Positions 1 to 9,855 of a stretch of 37,585 nucleotides of DNA are shown here, in pieces; positions within the stretch are counted from its first letter, which is position 1; each line of letters opens with the position of its first letter. Origin of the DNA: Nitrososphaeraceae archaeon (GTDB taxonomy: Archaea; Thermoproteota; Nitrososphaeria; Nitrososphaerales; Nitrososphaeraceae); contig DATFBG010000028.1 of assembly GCA_035253945.1 (NCBI GenBank), forward strand, positions 1 through 37,585. The letters are read 5' to 3'. Both the position numbers and the translations under genes were made by a program. The notes under the pieces were generated by a model, which searched no databases, was not told where the DNA came from, and was given only the letters and a program-made list of their open reading frames with translations.

Positions 1-1326
1 CCATGCACCAAATATGCTTTTCAGCCTAGATCTGCTGCAGAAATTCCAGAAACAGTAAAAAAGGCATTTTATATATCAGAGAGTGGACGGCCAGGACCAG
101 TTCTTATAGATATCCCAAAGGACGTCCAGCAAGCAAGGGAAGAAATCTCCTTTCCTGACCTGATAAAAGTAAGAGGATACAATCCGGTAGTAGACGCAGA
201 TCTGTCCCAATTGGAGCGGGCTGTCGAGACGATGACCAAAGCCGATAGGCCAATAATTATGGCAGGGGGTGGAGTAATCCTTTCGGGTGCATTTTCCGAG
301 CTCCAAGCATTGGCAGAATTATTAATGGCACCAGTGGTTACGACGTTCAAGGGAAAGGGTTCTTTTCCGGAAAATCACCCCCTGGCGATGGGGCCGATTG
401 GGATGCACGGACACGCAGAGGCAAACAAGATAATTATCGAAGCTGACTGTATAATAGCAATAGGGGCCAGATTCTCTGACAGGTCGGTTGGAAGATTCGA
501 TGAATTTGGAAAGGGGATGACAATAATTCACATGGATGTTGATCCTGCGGAGATCGGCAAGAATAAAGCAGCAGATATTGCTATAGTCGGTGACGTAAAG
601 GCATCTCTCCGAACCGCCGTTAAGATGCTTGCCAAGTACGAAATCATGAAAAGAGATATCGATAACCCGTGGCTGAAACGCAGGAAGGAACTTATTGATT
701 ATTATACTGATACGATAAAGGATTATCCTCGGGGATTAACTGCCAAAAAGGCCTTGAAAAAATTGAGAGAAGTACTGCCTCCTAGTGCCATCGTAACTAC
801 AGAGGTTGGACAATGTCAAATGTGGGCTTCTCTACATTTTGATGTTATATCCCCTGGAACATTTTTTAGTTCAACAGGACTAGGGACTATGGGTTTTGGA
901 TTCCCGGCTTCTATAGGTGCAAAGGTAGCGATGCCACAATCTATTGTGGTTGACATAGCAGGGGATGGATCGTTTAATATGACCGAAAACTCTCTTGCAG
1001 TTTCTGTGTTAGAAAAACTTCCGGTCATAGTATTTTTGATGAATAATTATATGCTAGGTATGGTGGCACAATGGCAGAGAACATTTTATAAGAGAAGATA
1101 CATGGGAGTCCATCAGCAAAATTGTCCTGACTATGTGAAGATCGCAGAGGCTTATGGGGCACAAGGAATCAGAGCCCAATCCATGGAAGAGCTAGAAAAA
1201 GCACTCAAGAAGGCATTGAATACAGAGGTAGCGACCGTAGTTGATATTACTATCGATCCTGAGGAGGATGTCTACCCCTTCGTGGCACCTGGAACGGGCT
1301 TGAAAGACATGATAACAGGAGCATAA
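1..1326 (+). CDS. ilvB: Acetolactate synthase large subunit (5'-truncated by window edge)
   Basis: Frame is open from base 1 (PCTKYAFQ...SGRPGPVLIDIPKDVQ) into the 211..1326 ORF. Contains GMHG, RFSDR, VGQCQMW, GLGTMGFGFP and the ThDP-binding GDGSF...NN motif. Confidence 0.96.
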   Translation, partial: PCTKYAFQPRSAAEIPETVKKAFYISESGRPGPVLIDIPKDVQQAREEISFPDLIKVRGYNPVVDADLSQLERAVETMTKADRPIIMAGGGVILSGAFSELQALAELLMAPVVTTFKGKGSFPENHPLAMGPIGMHGHAEANKIIIEADCIIAIGARFSDRSVGRFDEFGKGMTIIHMDVDPAEIGKNKAADIAIVGDVKASLRTAVKMLAKYEIMKRDIDNPWLKRRKELIDYYTDTIKDYPRGLTAKKALKKLREVLPPSAIVTTEVGQCQMWASLHFDVISPGTFFSSTGLGTMGFGFPASIGAKVAMPQSIVVDIAGDGSFNMTENSLAVSVLEKLPVIVFLMNNYMLGMVAQWQRTFYKRRYMGVHQQNCPDYVKIAEAYGAQGIRAQSMEELEKALKKALNTEVATVVDITIDPEEDVYPFVAPGTGLKDMITGA

Positions 1327-1348
1327 CCGTAGCGACAGGAGTATTGAA

Positions 1349-1873
1349 TTGGATACAGATGAAAGTCTTGCAAGAGTTAATAACGAGTCGTGGCATATCG
1401 TAGCCGCCCTTGTTGAGAACAAGCCAGGTGTCTTATTTAGAGTAACTAATTTATTTAGAGCAAGAAGCTTTAATATCGAAAGTATAACCGTTGGTTCTAC
1501 CGAACAGGTAGACCTATCTCGTATGACCATAACCACTAAAACTGATGAAAGGACCTTGGATCAACTTGTAAAGCAGCTTAGGAAACTAATCGACGTAGTT
1601 GAAGTAAGAGTTTTAAACACTTCAAAAACGGTATATAGGGAACTGGCGTTAATAAAAATGAAGGCAGAAGAGCCAACAGCTAGAATGGAAATCACCACTT
1701 ATGCTTCTATATTTAGAGCAAATATACTAGACATAGGCCGAGATACCATAATGGTGGAAATTACAGGGACACCCGATAAGATTGATGCCTTTAAGAACCT
1801 TGTCTATTCCTTTGGAATTATCCAGCTAGCAAGAACTGGTGTTTCCGCTCTTCCAAGAGGCGAGAGCATCTGA
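1349..1873 (+). CDS. ilvH: Acetolactate synthase small (regulatory, ACT) subunit
   Basis: VENKPGVLFRVTNLFRARSFNIESITVG and C-terminal LARTG motifs; directly follows ilvB. TTG start is uncertain. Confidence 0.95.
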   Translation: MDTDESLARVNNESWHIVAALVENKPGVLFRVTNLFRARSFNIESITVGSTEQVDLSRMTITTKTDERTLDQLVKQLRKLIDVVEVRVLNTSKTVYRELALIKMKAEEPTARMEITTYASIFRANILDIGRDTIMVEITGTPDKIDAFKNLVYSFGIIQLARTGVSALPRGESI

Positions 1874-3388
1874 ATGGTTGAGATGACTAATATCGTAAGG
1901 ATTTTTGATACAACACTCAGAGACGGAGAGCAAACTCCTGGAGTATCAATAAATCCTGAACAAAAGTTGCAAATAGCTATCGAACTTGACCAACTGGGAG
2001 TAGACGTTATAGAAGCTGGTTTTCCTATTGTTTCGCAAGGGGAAATGCAAGCTGTAAGGAATATCAAAAAGTCTGGATTATCTTCTGAAATCTGTGGTTT
2101 GGCAAGAACCCTTGTTACGGATATCGACTCGGTGATAAAGTGCGACCTGAATTATGTGCACACCTTTATCGCCACATCAGATATCCATATGCGGTACAAG
2201 TTAAAAATGTCCCCCGAGGAGGTGATACAAAAGGCAATAGATGCAGTGGAGTATGCCAAATCTCATGGGTTGCAGGTAGAATTTTCTGCAGAAGATGCCA
2301 CCCGATCAGATATAGCTTTTCTAACCAAAGTGTTTGCATCTGTTGTAGAAGCAGGAGCGGATAGGATAGACGTACCGGATACCGTTGGCTATGCTACCCC
2401 AGAATTTATCTCTCATCTAGTTCAAGTCATAAAGAAACAGATTGATATCCCGATAAGTTTACATTGTCATAACGACTTCGGATTGGCTGTAGCCAATTCA
2501 ATCGCTGGAATAAATGCCGGAGCTGCATGCGCTCATGTTACAATAAACGGGTTAGGTGAGCGAGCGGGCAATGCCTCTCTAGAAGAATTTGTAATGGCGT
2601 TGCAATGCCTGTACAAGAAGAAGCATAATATTCGTACAAAATTGCTTTATGAGACTTCCAGATCTGTTTCTAATATTATGGGAATAGCTGTACAGGCGAA
2701 CAAAGCGATCATTGGAGAGAACTCATTCGGGCACGAATCAGGTATTCATACACATGGCATACTTAACAATCCGCTAACCTACGAGCCCATCGATCCCGAG
2801 ATGGTCGGTAGAAAAAGATGGTTACAGGCCGGAAAGCATGCTGGCGCACACGGAATAAGGGCAATGCTCCGGGATTTCGGTATAGAATGTAATGATGAGC
2901 AATTGCATAAAATAGTTGAGAGGCAGAAGAATTTGGCGGACAAGGGCAAACCCATAAGCACGGCTGAATTGCTTTCTATAACAGGAGAAATATTACAGGA
3001 TAATAAATTCGAAGAAAGATTCAAGCTTTACGATTTCCATATTGTCACCGGGATGAATCTTATTCCCACGGCTGTCGTTAGATTGAATACTGACGGTAGG
3101 GACTTGATTGCATCTGAAATAGGAGTTGGCCCAGTAGATGCTGCGCTAAAGGCCATACAAAAAATTGCGTCCGAAACAGCGAATATACGAATTAGAGAAT
3201 ACAAGCTTGACTCTATCACTGGTGGATCTGATGCACTAGCAGAGGTTTCTGTTAAGGTTGAGGATAAAAATGGAAATGTAGTTTCCGCACGGAGAGCAGG
3301 CGAGGATGTGGTCGTAGCATCGGTACAAGCTATGATGGATGCAATAAATAAAACGGTATTGCGAAAGGTTCTATATTCAAAAAAATAA
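1874..3388 (+). CDS. leuA: 2-isopropylmalate synthase / citramalate synthase family (LeuA/CimA)
   Basis: DTTLRDGEQ, HCHNDFG, GERAGNA, HESGIH and C-terminal regulatory domain with GPVDA. LeuA versus CimA specificity cannot be resolved by eye. Confidence 0.88.
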   Translation: MVEMTNIVRIFDTTLRDGEQTPGVSINPEQKLQIAIELDQLGVDVIEAGFPIVSQGEMQAVRNIKKSGLSSEICGLARTLVTDIDSVIKCDLNYVHTFIATSDIHMRYKLKMSPEEVIQKAIDAVEYAKSHGLQVEFSAEDATRSDIAFLTKVFASVVEAGADRIDVPDTVGYATPEFISHLVQVIKKQIDIPISLHCHNDFGLAVANSIAGINAGAACAHVTINGLGERAGNASLEEFVMALQCLYKKKHNIRTKLLYETSRSVSNIMGIAVQANKAIIGENSFGHESGIHTHGILNNPLTYEPIDPEMVGRKRWLQAGKHAGAHGIRAMLRDFGIECNDEQLHKIVERQKNLADKGKPISTAELLSITGEILQDNKFEERFKLYDFHIVTGMNLIPTAVVRLNTDGRDLIASEIGVGPVDAALKAIQKIASETANIRIREYKLDSITGGSDALAEVSVKVEDKNGNVVSARRAGEDVVVASVQAMMDAINKTVLRKVLYSKK

Positions 3389-3409
3389 GACCTCTTTTGA
3401 GGTGTCATT

Positions 3410-4435
3410 TTGAGCAAATATTGCATAACTATGATAGGAGGAGACGGCATAGGTCCTGAATTGATACATTCCGCAGGTCTATTACTTGATGCCATAGGCG
3501 CCAACTCAAATATAAGTTTCAATGTAAAATATATAGATGCTGGCGACGGCGCTATATCTAAATTCGGAAAGGCAATGCCAGATTGGGCGCTGCAGATAAT
3601 AAGAAATTCCGATGCATGCTTAAAGGGACCAATTGGTGAAAGTGCTGCTGATGTAGTTCTGGTTTTGAGACAAGTCTTGGACTTATATGCTAACATTAGG
3701 CCTGTTAAATCATTTCCGAATTTAAGAGGATTGTCAGAGACAATAGATTTGGTCATAGTGAGGGAAAATACTGAGGATCTGTATTTGGGCTGGGAATTTG
3801 AAGCCGATGATAACACCATTATCACTTTAAAGCGCACGTCCGAAGGAGCCTCACGTAGGATAGCAGAATATGCGTTTAGAACATGTGGACAGCGAAATAA
3901 GAAAAAAAAGGTTGTGGCGGTTCATAAAGCCAATGTCATGCGAAGAAGCGATGGATTATTTGCCAGAACTTGCAGGAGTGTATCCAAAAATTTTCCCGAA
4001 ATCGAGTTTACAGAACAATATGTAGACGCCTGTGCCATGAATCTTATTCGTAAACCGGACGACTATGATGTTATAGTAACTACGAACATGTTTGGGGATA
4101 TTCTTTCAGACGAAGCTATACAGGTTGCGGGGGGTATAGGAATGGGGCCAGCAGGTAATATAGGCGATAACTTTGGGCTATTTGAACCCATCCATGGTGC
4201 AGCCTTCGATATAGCCGGTAAGAATATCGCCAACCCTTCATCGATTCTTCTATCATCAAAGTTAATGCTTGAGTGGCTTGCAGAAAAAAAGGGGGATGCA
4301 GTTGCATTTGAAGAGGCACAGAAAATAGAGCATGCAATAAGAAAACTATTGATAGATAATAGGAAAACAGTCGATATAGGTGGAAGTTTGTCGACTTTAG
4401 AATTTACAAAAGCTGTTGTAGATCTAATGTACTAG
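3410..4435 (+). CDS. leuB: 3-isopropylmalate (3-methylmalate) dehydrogenase, archaeal type
   Basis: GDGIGPE, GESAADVVLVLRQ, RENTEDLY, HKANV, NMFGDILSD, FEPIHGAAFDIAGKNIANP; GAGGTG SD-like site before a TTG start. Confidence 0.88.
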   Translation: MSKYCITMIGGDGIGPELIHSAGLLLDAIGANSNISFNVKYIDAGDGAISKFGKAMPDWALQIIRNSDACLKGPIGESAADVVLVLRQVLDLYANIRPVKSFPNLRGLSETIDLVIVRENTEDLYLGWEFEADDNTIITLKRTSEGASRRIAEYAFRTCGQRNKKKKVVAVHKANVMRRSDGLFARTCRSVSKNFPEIEFTEQYVDACAMNLIRKPDDYDVIVTTNMFGDILSDEAIQVAGGIGMGPAGNIGDNFGLFEPIHGAAFDIAGKNIANPSSILLSSKLMLEWLAEKKGDAVAFEEAQKIEHAIRKLLIDNRKTVDIGGSLSTLEFTKAVVDLMY

Positions 4436-4668
4436 ACGCATAACAAAGTCTAACCTACATACAGTTGTTGTAAAATTATATGCAAAGACCAATATCCAAT
4501 GAAGGATAGAATTTCCAATGGGATCTACTGGATGCTCATTAGTCAATTTGCTGTCCAATTTAGGTCTAGACGCTATTTGATGAATGGGTAACCACCTAGG
4601 ACTACCACATGTAAAATGGGGATTGATACTATAGGCTGATATATGGGAGTAATTCGATAGCAAGCAAT

Positions 4669-5682
4669 ATGCAGGCAAAGAAATGGCTTGATAATGACGT
4701 TTCAATGGATTCTGTCCTAAGCCATACAATAGCAGTAATAGGTTACGGTATTCAGGGTCGTGCTCAGGCAAGTAATATGAAAGATTCTGGACTCAATGTA
4801 ATAGTAGGATTAAGAAAGGGAGGAAGTAGTTGGGCCTTAGCGGAAAAAGATGGACACAAAGTTATGGAAATCGATAAGGCATCAAGACAGGCTGACATTA
4901 TTCATGTTCTCATTCCTGATATGGAACAATCGATAACCTACAGAAAATATATTTCCCCGCATTTGAGCAAAGAAAAAGCTCTGAGCTTTTCGCACGGAGC
5001 GGCTATTCACTGGAAGTGGATCGAGCCGCCGGAAGATATAGATGTTATAATGGTTGCTCCAAAGGGTCCAGGTCAAAGGGTTCGTGAACTTTATCAAAAT
5101 GGATTTGGCACACCCTCGTTAGTTGCTGTTCACCAGGACAGCTCTAAAGAGGCTTTGAAAAGGGTGCTAGCAATGGCGAAGGCTATAGGGAGTACACGCC
5201 CAGGCGTAATACAAACTACGTTTAAGGAGGAAGTTGAAACTGATTGGTTCGGCGAACAGGCAGATTTGTGTGGAGGCACACATGCCCTTGTGATGAATGC
5301 ATTTGAAACGTTAGTTGAGTCAGGGTACCAACCAGAAGTTGCGTATTTTGAATGCGTGCATGAATTAAAACTTATCGTGGATCTTATCCAAAAATATGGT
5401 CTAGCAGGAATGTATTCTCGGGTCAGTGAAACTGCCAGGTACGGCGGTCTAAGTCGGGGACCACGCATCATAGACAATTCTGTGAAGGAAAGGATGCAAA
5501 AAGTCCTAAAAGATATTCAGTCCGGCAGTTTTGCAGAGGAGTGGCTTAATGTGTATCAAAAGGATGGGAAGAATGCTTTTAACAAATACATGCATAGTAT
5601 CGAAAGTCACACAATAGAAAAGGTCGGCCAGGAAATGCGTGACATGATGTGGCCACCATCCTCGAAAGATAAAAATAATTAA
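4669..5682 (+). CDS. ilvC: Ketol-acid reductoisomerase
   Basis: GYGIQGRAQA, FSHG, MVAPKGPG, ETDWFGEQADLCGG, AYFECVHELK, SETARYG. Confidence 0.97.
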   Translation: MQAKKWLDNDVSMDSVLSHTIAVIGYGIQGRAQASNMKDSGLNVIVGLRKGGSSWALAEKDGHKVMEIDKASRQADIIHVLIPDMEQSITYRKYISPHLSKEKALSFSHGAAIHWKWIEPPEDIDVIMVAPKGPGQRVRELYQNGFGTPSLVAVHQDSSKEALKRVLAMAKAIGSTRPGVIQTTFKEEVETDWFGEQADLCGGTHALVMNAFETLVESGYQPEVAYFECVHELKLIVDLIQKYGLAGMYSRVSETARYGGLSRGPRIIDNSVKERMQKVLKDIQSGSFAEEWLNVYQKDGKNAFNKYMHSIESHTIEKVGQEMRDMMWPPSSKDKNN

Positions 5683-6116
5683 TTAGGCCTTGATTTGCGC
5701 ATATTTTTGTTAATGTGATCAATAATAGTAGATAATGGGGTCCCGGGGCCAAAATTGCCAGTTATTCCTTGCTCCTCCAAAATTCTTTTGTCTCGTTCGG
5801 GTATAATACCGCCACCTACTATCAATATGTCTTCGACCCCTCTTTCCTTTAGCAACTTGGCCACCTTTGGAAAAATCGTAAGATGGGCTCCATTCAATAA
5901 ACTCATGGCAACGACATCAACATCCTCATCTACCGCTATCTTTGCCACCTGCTCGGGTGTACAGAACAGACCAGAATAAATGACCTCAAATCCAGCGTCT
6001 CTAAGAGCTCTGCATATTACAAGTGCACCTCTATCGTGGCCATCCAGTCCCAGTTTAGACACCAGTACTCGTAAAGGGCTCTGGACGTTTTCTGCCTCTT
6101 CTTGCTGTGCAGACAT
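5679..6116 (-). CDS. Methylmalonyl-CoA mutase small (cobalamin-binding) subunit
   Basis: KLGLDGHDRGA (DxHxxG base-off/His-on motif), SLL, GGGIIP; adjacent to meaB and the large subunit. Confidence 0.95.
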   Translation of the reverse strand: MSAQQEEAENVQSPLRVLVSKLGLDGHDRGALVICRALRDAGFEVIYSGLFCTPEQVAKIAVDEDVDVVAMSLLNGAHLTIFPKVAKLLKERGVEDILIVGGGIIPERDKRILEEQGITGNFGPGTPLSTIIDHINKNMRKSRPN

Positions 6117-6261
6117 GAATGAATATCTCCTCCATTATCGGGGCTTAAAATGTTTATTATGATCTGCAATTGAGGTCGGTTTCTATTTGTCATTCTTTTT
6201 ATATGAGGCCTTTATTAACTGCACCTACTCATAATTTAATAAGCTCTAAAATAGGATTATA

Positions 6262-7215
6262 TTGAAGTTTAATTGCATGACATCTTCTCAAGCATCTAGT
6301 ATAGTAGAAGGCGTGCTGCAGGCTGACAGAAGATCTATTGCCAGAGCAATTTCTATTGTTGATAATAATGAAAGTGAAGCTCGAGCTATAATCCAAGCCA
6401 TTTTCGAGAAAACCGGAAAAGCAAGAACTATTGGGTTAACTGGCTCTGCTGGGGCTGGAAAGAGTACTTTAATGGGCAAATTAATTCCAGAGTTTCATTC
6501 CTTGGGATACTCTGTCGCCATCTTGGCGGTAGATCCAACAAGTCCAATAACGGGAGGTGCTATTTTGGGGGATAGAGTAAGGATGCAATCTGTTACGAGT
6601 GACGATAGAGTATTCATGAGGAGTATAGGATCCCGAGGCTCTTACGGTGGAGTTTCAAGATCTCTTAGAAATATGATTAGGATTCTGGACGCCGCGGGGT
6701 ATAAGCTTATACTAATTGAAAGTATAGGTGCAGGACAAGTCCAGACAGAGATCTCTAGGCTAGTAGATATAACGGCAGTAGTTTTTACACCCTATACTGG
6801 GGACCACATTCAAAACGTCAAGGCAGGATTAACGGAAGTAGGAGACCTTTGTATAGTTAATAAGGCCGATTTAGAAGGAGCGGGCGCACTGTACCAATCT
6901 CTGCTTGAATTTATTTCGGATAGCCGAAAAAAGCCTCGTATTCTCAAGGTATCAGCGAGAACCGGCAAAGGAATCAAGGAACTCGCAGTAAATATTGATC
7001 AAATGCTAAAGCAGATGAGTTCAACTCAAAAAGAGAGTGAGAAGAAAAAGTTGGAATTTGAATTGAGAGATATGATTTTAAGTACGATTGAAGAAAAGGT
7101 TTCTTCAATGTTGGATAAGAACAATAAGTATCACATTCTCATAGATAGACTCGCAAGCAAAAAGACAGACCCGTTTGAAGCCGCTGAAGAAATTATGCGT
7201 GCAATATCTTGGTGA
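6262..7215 (+). CDS. meaB: MeaB/ArgK GTPase chaperone of methylmalonyl-CoA mutase
   Basis: GSAGAGKST P-loop, LAVDPTSPITGGAILGDRVRM, NKAD, VSA. Alternative ATG start at 6277. Confidence 0.95.
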   Translation: MKFNCMTSSQASSIVEGVLQADRRSIARAISIVDNNESEARAIIQAIFEKTGKARTIGLTGSAGAGKSTLMGKLIPEFHSLGYSVAILAVDPTSPITGGAILGDRVRMQSVTSDDRVFMRSIGSRGSYGGVSRSLRNMIRILDAAGYKLILIESIGAGQVQTEISRLVDITAVVFTPYTGDHIQNVKAGLTEVGDLCIVNKADLEGAGALYQSLLEFISDSRKKPRILKVSARTGKGIKELAVNIDQMLKQMSSTQKESEKKKLEFELRDMILSTIEEKVSSMLDKNNKYHILIDRLASKKTDPFEAAEEIMRAISW

Positions 7216-7225
7216 GCCCTCCTCG

Positions 7226-8809
7226 ATGTCAATAAATTCTTTCAAGACCGACTCTGGTATTCCTGTCAAGCGAGTATACTCTAGGAAACTGATACCGAAG
7301 AATATAGATGATGAAGAACCGGGCAAATTCCCTTACACTCGCGGATTATATCCCAATATGTATAGAGAGAGGCTTTGGACCATGAGACAATACAGTGGAT
7401 TTGGAAGTGCTGAAGAAACCAACAAGAGATTCAAGTTTTTGCTTGAACAGGGTCAAACAGGTTTATCCCTTGCCTTTGACCTTCCCACGCAGACTGGACG
7501 GGATTCAGATAATCCTCAATCAGAAGGAGAAGTAGGAAGGACAGGGGTATCAATCAGTTCCATTGATGACATGTTAACATGTTTTAATGGCATTCCCCTT
7601 GACAAAGTCAGTACGTCTATGACAATTAATTCTACGGCGTCAACTCTACTAGCTCTATATGTCAGCGTCGCCGACGCGCAGGGTGTTTCTGCGTCCCGGC
7701 TCCGAGGCACAACTCAAAACGATATCCTAAAGGAGTATATCGCAAGAAATACTTACATATATCCTCCGAAGCCTTCGTTGCGACTAATTGGTGATATGAT
7801 CGAGTACTGCGCAAGAGAGGTTCCTCAGTGGTATCCCATAAGTATATCAGGATACCACATGCGAGAAGCCGGTTCCAATGCCATTCAGGAGCTCGCGTTT
7901 ACGTTTGCTAATGCAATAGAATACATCCAAACATGTGTAGACAGAGGGTTAAGGGTTGACGATTTTGCCCCGCGTCTTTCCTTTTTCTATTGTTGCACAA
8001 TGGAATTCTTCGAAGAGATTGCGAAGTTCAGAGCAGCCCGCAGAATATATGCGAATATAATGAAAGATAGATTTCACGCCAAAAATGCCAAATCCTGGCA
8101 TTTGCGGTTTCATGTGCAAACTAGCGGTGAATCACTGACTGCACAGCAGGTTGACAATAATGTTATCCGAGTTTCGTGTCAGGCTATGGCAGCTGCACTT
8201 GGAGGTTGTCAGTCTTTGCATACGAACTCAAGAGATGAGGCCCTAGCTCTACCGACTGAAGAATCAGTCAAGATAGCTCTTAGGACGCAGCAAGTAATAG
8301 CAGCCGAAACCGGGATTACAAAGACAGTTGACCCTCTCGGGGGCTCGTATTACGTAGAGTATCTTACGTCTAGAATACAAGAAGAAGTTCAGAAATACCT
8401 GAAGAAAATTGACAGAATGGGTGGTGCTCTTGTGGCAATTGAAAAGGGCTTCTTCCAAGAGGAGATCAGGAGGAATGCGTACAACTTGAAGAAAGAAATT
8501 GATGCTAAAAAGAGGATTATAGTTGGCGTCAACAAATTTCAGGATTCATCGAATGTTGAGCCTAAATTAGCCGCCATTGATATGGAGATAGAGTCTAGGC
8601 AGAAGAACAAGCTAAAATACTTTAAAGATTCTCGCGACAAATCCAAATTTGAATATGCTCTCAGTTCCCTAGAGAAAGCCGCCGAAAAACAAGATGAGAA
8701 TTTGATGCCATACATCATTAATGCCGTGAAGAATAAAGCAACACTAGGAGAGATTAGCGATTCATTAAGAACCATATTTGGGATTTTTGAACCAAAGATA
8801 GTCTTCTAG
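7226..8809 (+). CDS. Methylmalonyl-CoA mutase large (substrate-binding) subunit
   Basis: PGKFPYTRG, WTMRQYSGF, GLSLAFDLPT, GTTQNDILKEY, ISISGYHMREAG, QSLHTNSRDEA. ATG at 7226 preferred over TTG 7175, which overlaps meaB. Confidence 0.96.
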   Translation: MSINSFKTDSGIPVKRVYSRKLIPKNIDDEEPGKFPYTRGLYPNMYRERLWTMRQYSGFGSAEETNKRFKFLLEQGQTGLSLAFDLPTQTGRDSDNPQSEGEVGRTGVSISSIDDMLTCFNGIPLDKVSTSMTINSTASTLLALYVSVADAQGVSASRLRGTTQNDILKEYIARNTYIYPPKPSLRLIGDMIEYCAREVPQWYPISISGYHMREAGSNAIQELAFTFANAIEYIQTCVDRGLRVDDFAPRLSFFYCCTMEFFEEIAKFRAARRIYANIMKDRFHAKNAKSWHLRFHVQTSGESLTAQQVDNNVIRVSCQAMAAALGGCQSLHTNSRDEALALPTEESVKIALRTQQVIAAETGITKTVDPLGGSYYVEYLTSRIQEEVQKYLKKIDRMGGALVAIEKGFFQEEIRRNAYNLKKEIDAKKRIIVGVNKFQDSSNVEPKLAAIDMEIESRQKNKLKYFKDSRDKSKFEYALSSLEKAAEKQDENLMPYIINAVKNKATLGEISDSLRTIFGIFEPKIVF

Positions 8810-8966
8810 GAAGTCGAATCGCTATGTGACGTTAGATATGCTCCATCTCTGCGGCGCCTAGGTACGCTAAGCAGGCATTTTCATCTTTAATGCTCACTGT
8901 ACAGGTTAGAATAAGTTCAAACAAAAAATATTATATCGTTATATACATTAACGACTTGGACTAATT

Positions 8967-9398
8967 ATGCGGATAGACCATGTTGCAATTGCGGTTAATG
9001 ATCTTGATGAGGCTGTCAAGAATTATAGGAAAGTTTTGAATGCTAACAATATAGAAGTTGAAGTCGTTGGAAATGAGAAAGTGAGAGTTGCCATGATAAA
9101 TCTAGAAGATACTAGAATTGAACTAATGGAACCAACAGAGGATACTAGCACTATATCAAAGTATCTAAAGGAACATGGTGAAGGAATACATCACATTGCG
9201 ATAACCGCAGATGATATAGAAAATGACGTATCTAGGGCGTTAGGAAAGGGGATGAAGATTCTAGGGCAGTTAAGGCCAGGATCTTATGGAAGAAAAATTA
9301 CGTTCATACATCCAAAATCATTGAACGGCGTATTACTGGAATTATGTGAAGCACCCCAAAGTAAAGACTCAAAACCAAAATACGATTCCATTACTTAG
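8967..9398 (+). CDS. mce: Methylmalonyl-CoA epimerase
   Basis: IDHVAIAV, IELMEP, GEGIHHIA, FIHPKSLNGVLLELCE; next to the mutase genes. Confidence 0.94.
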   Translation: MRIDHVAIAVNDLDEAVKNYRKVLNANNIEVEVVGNEKVRVAMINLEDTRIELMEPTEDTSTISKYLKEHGEGIHHIAITADDIENDVSRALGKGMKILGQLRPGSYGRKITFIHPKSLNGVLLELCEAPQSKDSKPKYDSIT

Positions 9399-9443
9399 TA
9401 ACCGCAGAATTCGAAGATCAAATGCAACATACGTACTTCTGCT

Positions 9444-9572
9444 TTAAATTTTGATGATCGATCCACATTTGATACATTTAACCAAGATTGACTCTCCCAT
9501 CTGTTCAAGTTTTTCAAATTTCTTAGACCCGCAGTTAGGACAAATGGGACACCAACGTAAAGGTTTACTCAT
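9444..9572 (-). CDS. Putative 42-aa zinc-ribbon microprotein (not in ORF track)
   Basis: Manual translation MSKPLRWCPICPNCGSKKFEKLEQMGESILVKCIKCGSIIKI*, with CPNCG and CIKCG knuckles. Confidence 0.7.
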   Translation of the reverse strand: MSKPLRWCPICPNCGSKKFEKLEQMGESILVKCIKCGSIIKI

Positions 9573-9575
9573 GAT

Positions 9576-9855
9576 GCAGACAAGGGCGGCCAGACATTAG
9601 CATATTCTCGGCTAACTATGTACTCTAAGTCCTGAGCTTTATTGGTCTGCCTGCATAACCAACATTGGCTGTCTTGTTTTGCCACTTATTATTAGATGAT
9701 GTACCTTTCCGCAGACAAGGTCGGCCAGACATTAGCATATTCTCGGCTAACTATGTACTCTAAGTCCCGAGCTTTATTGGTCTGCCTGCATAACCAACAT
9801 TGGCTGTCTTGTTCTGCCACTTATTATTAGATGATGTACCTTTCCGCAGACAAGG
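9576..9855. repeat. Tandem 135-bp repeat (two copies) organised as DR-unit-DR-unit-DR with 10-bp DR GCAGACAAGG
   Basis: DR at 9576-9585, 9711-9720 and 9846-9855. Units 9586-9710 and 9721-9845 differ at three positions (9586/9721, 9633/9768, 9679/9814). Confidence 0.97.

Noticed and set aside
3028-3837. 269-aa minus-strand ORF, and similar antisense ORFs over ahcY, ilvD, bioB and ribosomal genes
   Set aside because: These are antisense shadows of well-supported genes, with no recognisable motifs.
4424-4771. 115-aa minus-strand ORF between leuB and ilvC
   Set aside because: It overlaps both neighbours, has no motif and has unconvincing composition.
9625-9762. Stop-codon readthrough of nadM TAG into the in-frame second repeat copy
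   Set aside because: A second in-frame TAG follows two codons later, and no pyrrolysine machinery is in view.
9586-9845. C/D box or H/ACA sRNA, known ribozyme, or BHB mRNA intron within the repeat unit
   Set aside because: Only partial boxes are present (ATGATG without the final A; CTGA in one copy only). I found no ACA tail or K-loop, no hammerhead, HDV or twister core I could align, and no exon-exon BHB pairing on the coding strand.
9576-9855. CRISPR mini-array
   Set aside because: The direct repeat is only 10 bp, the intervening 125-bp units are near-identical rather than unique spacers, and no cas genes are present.
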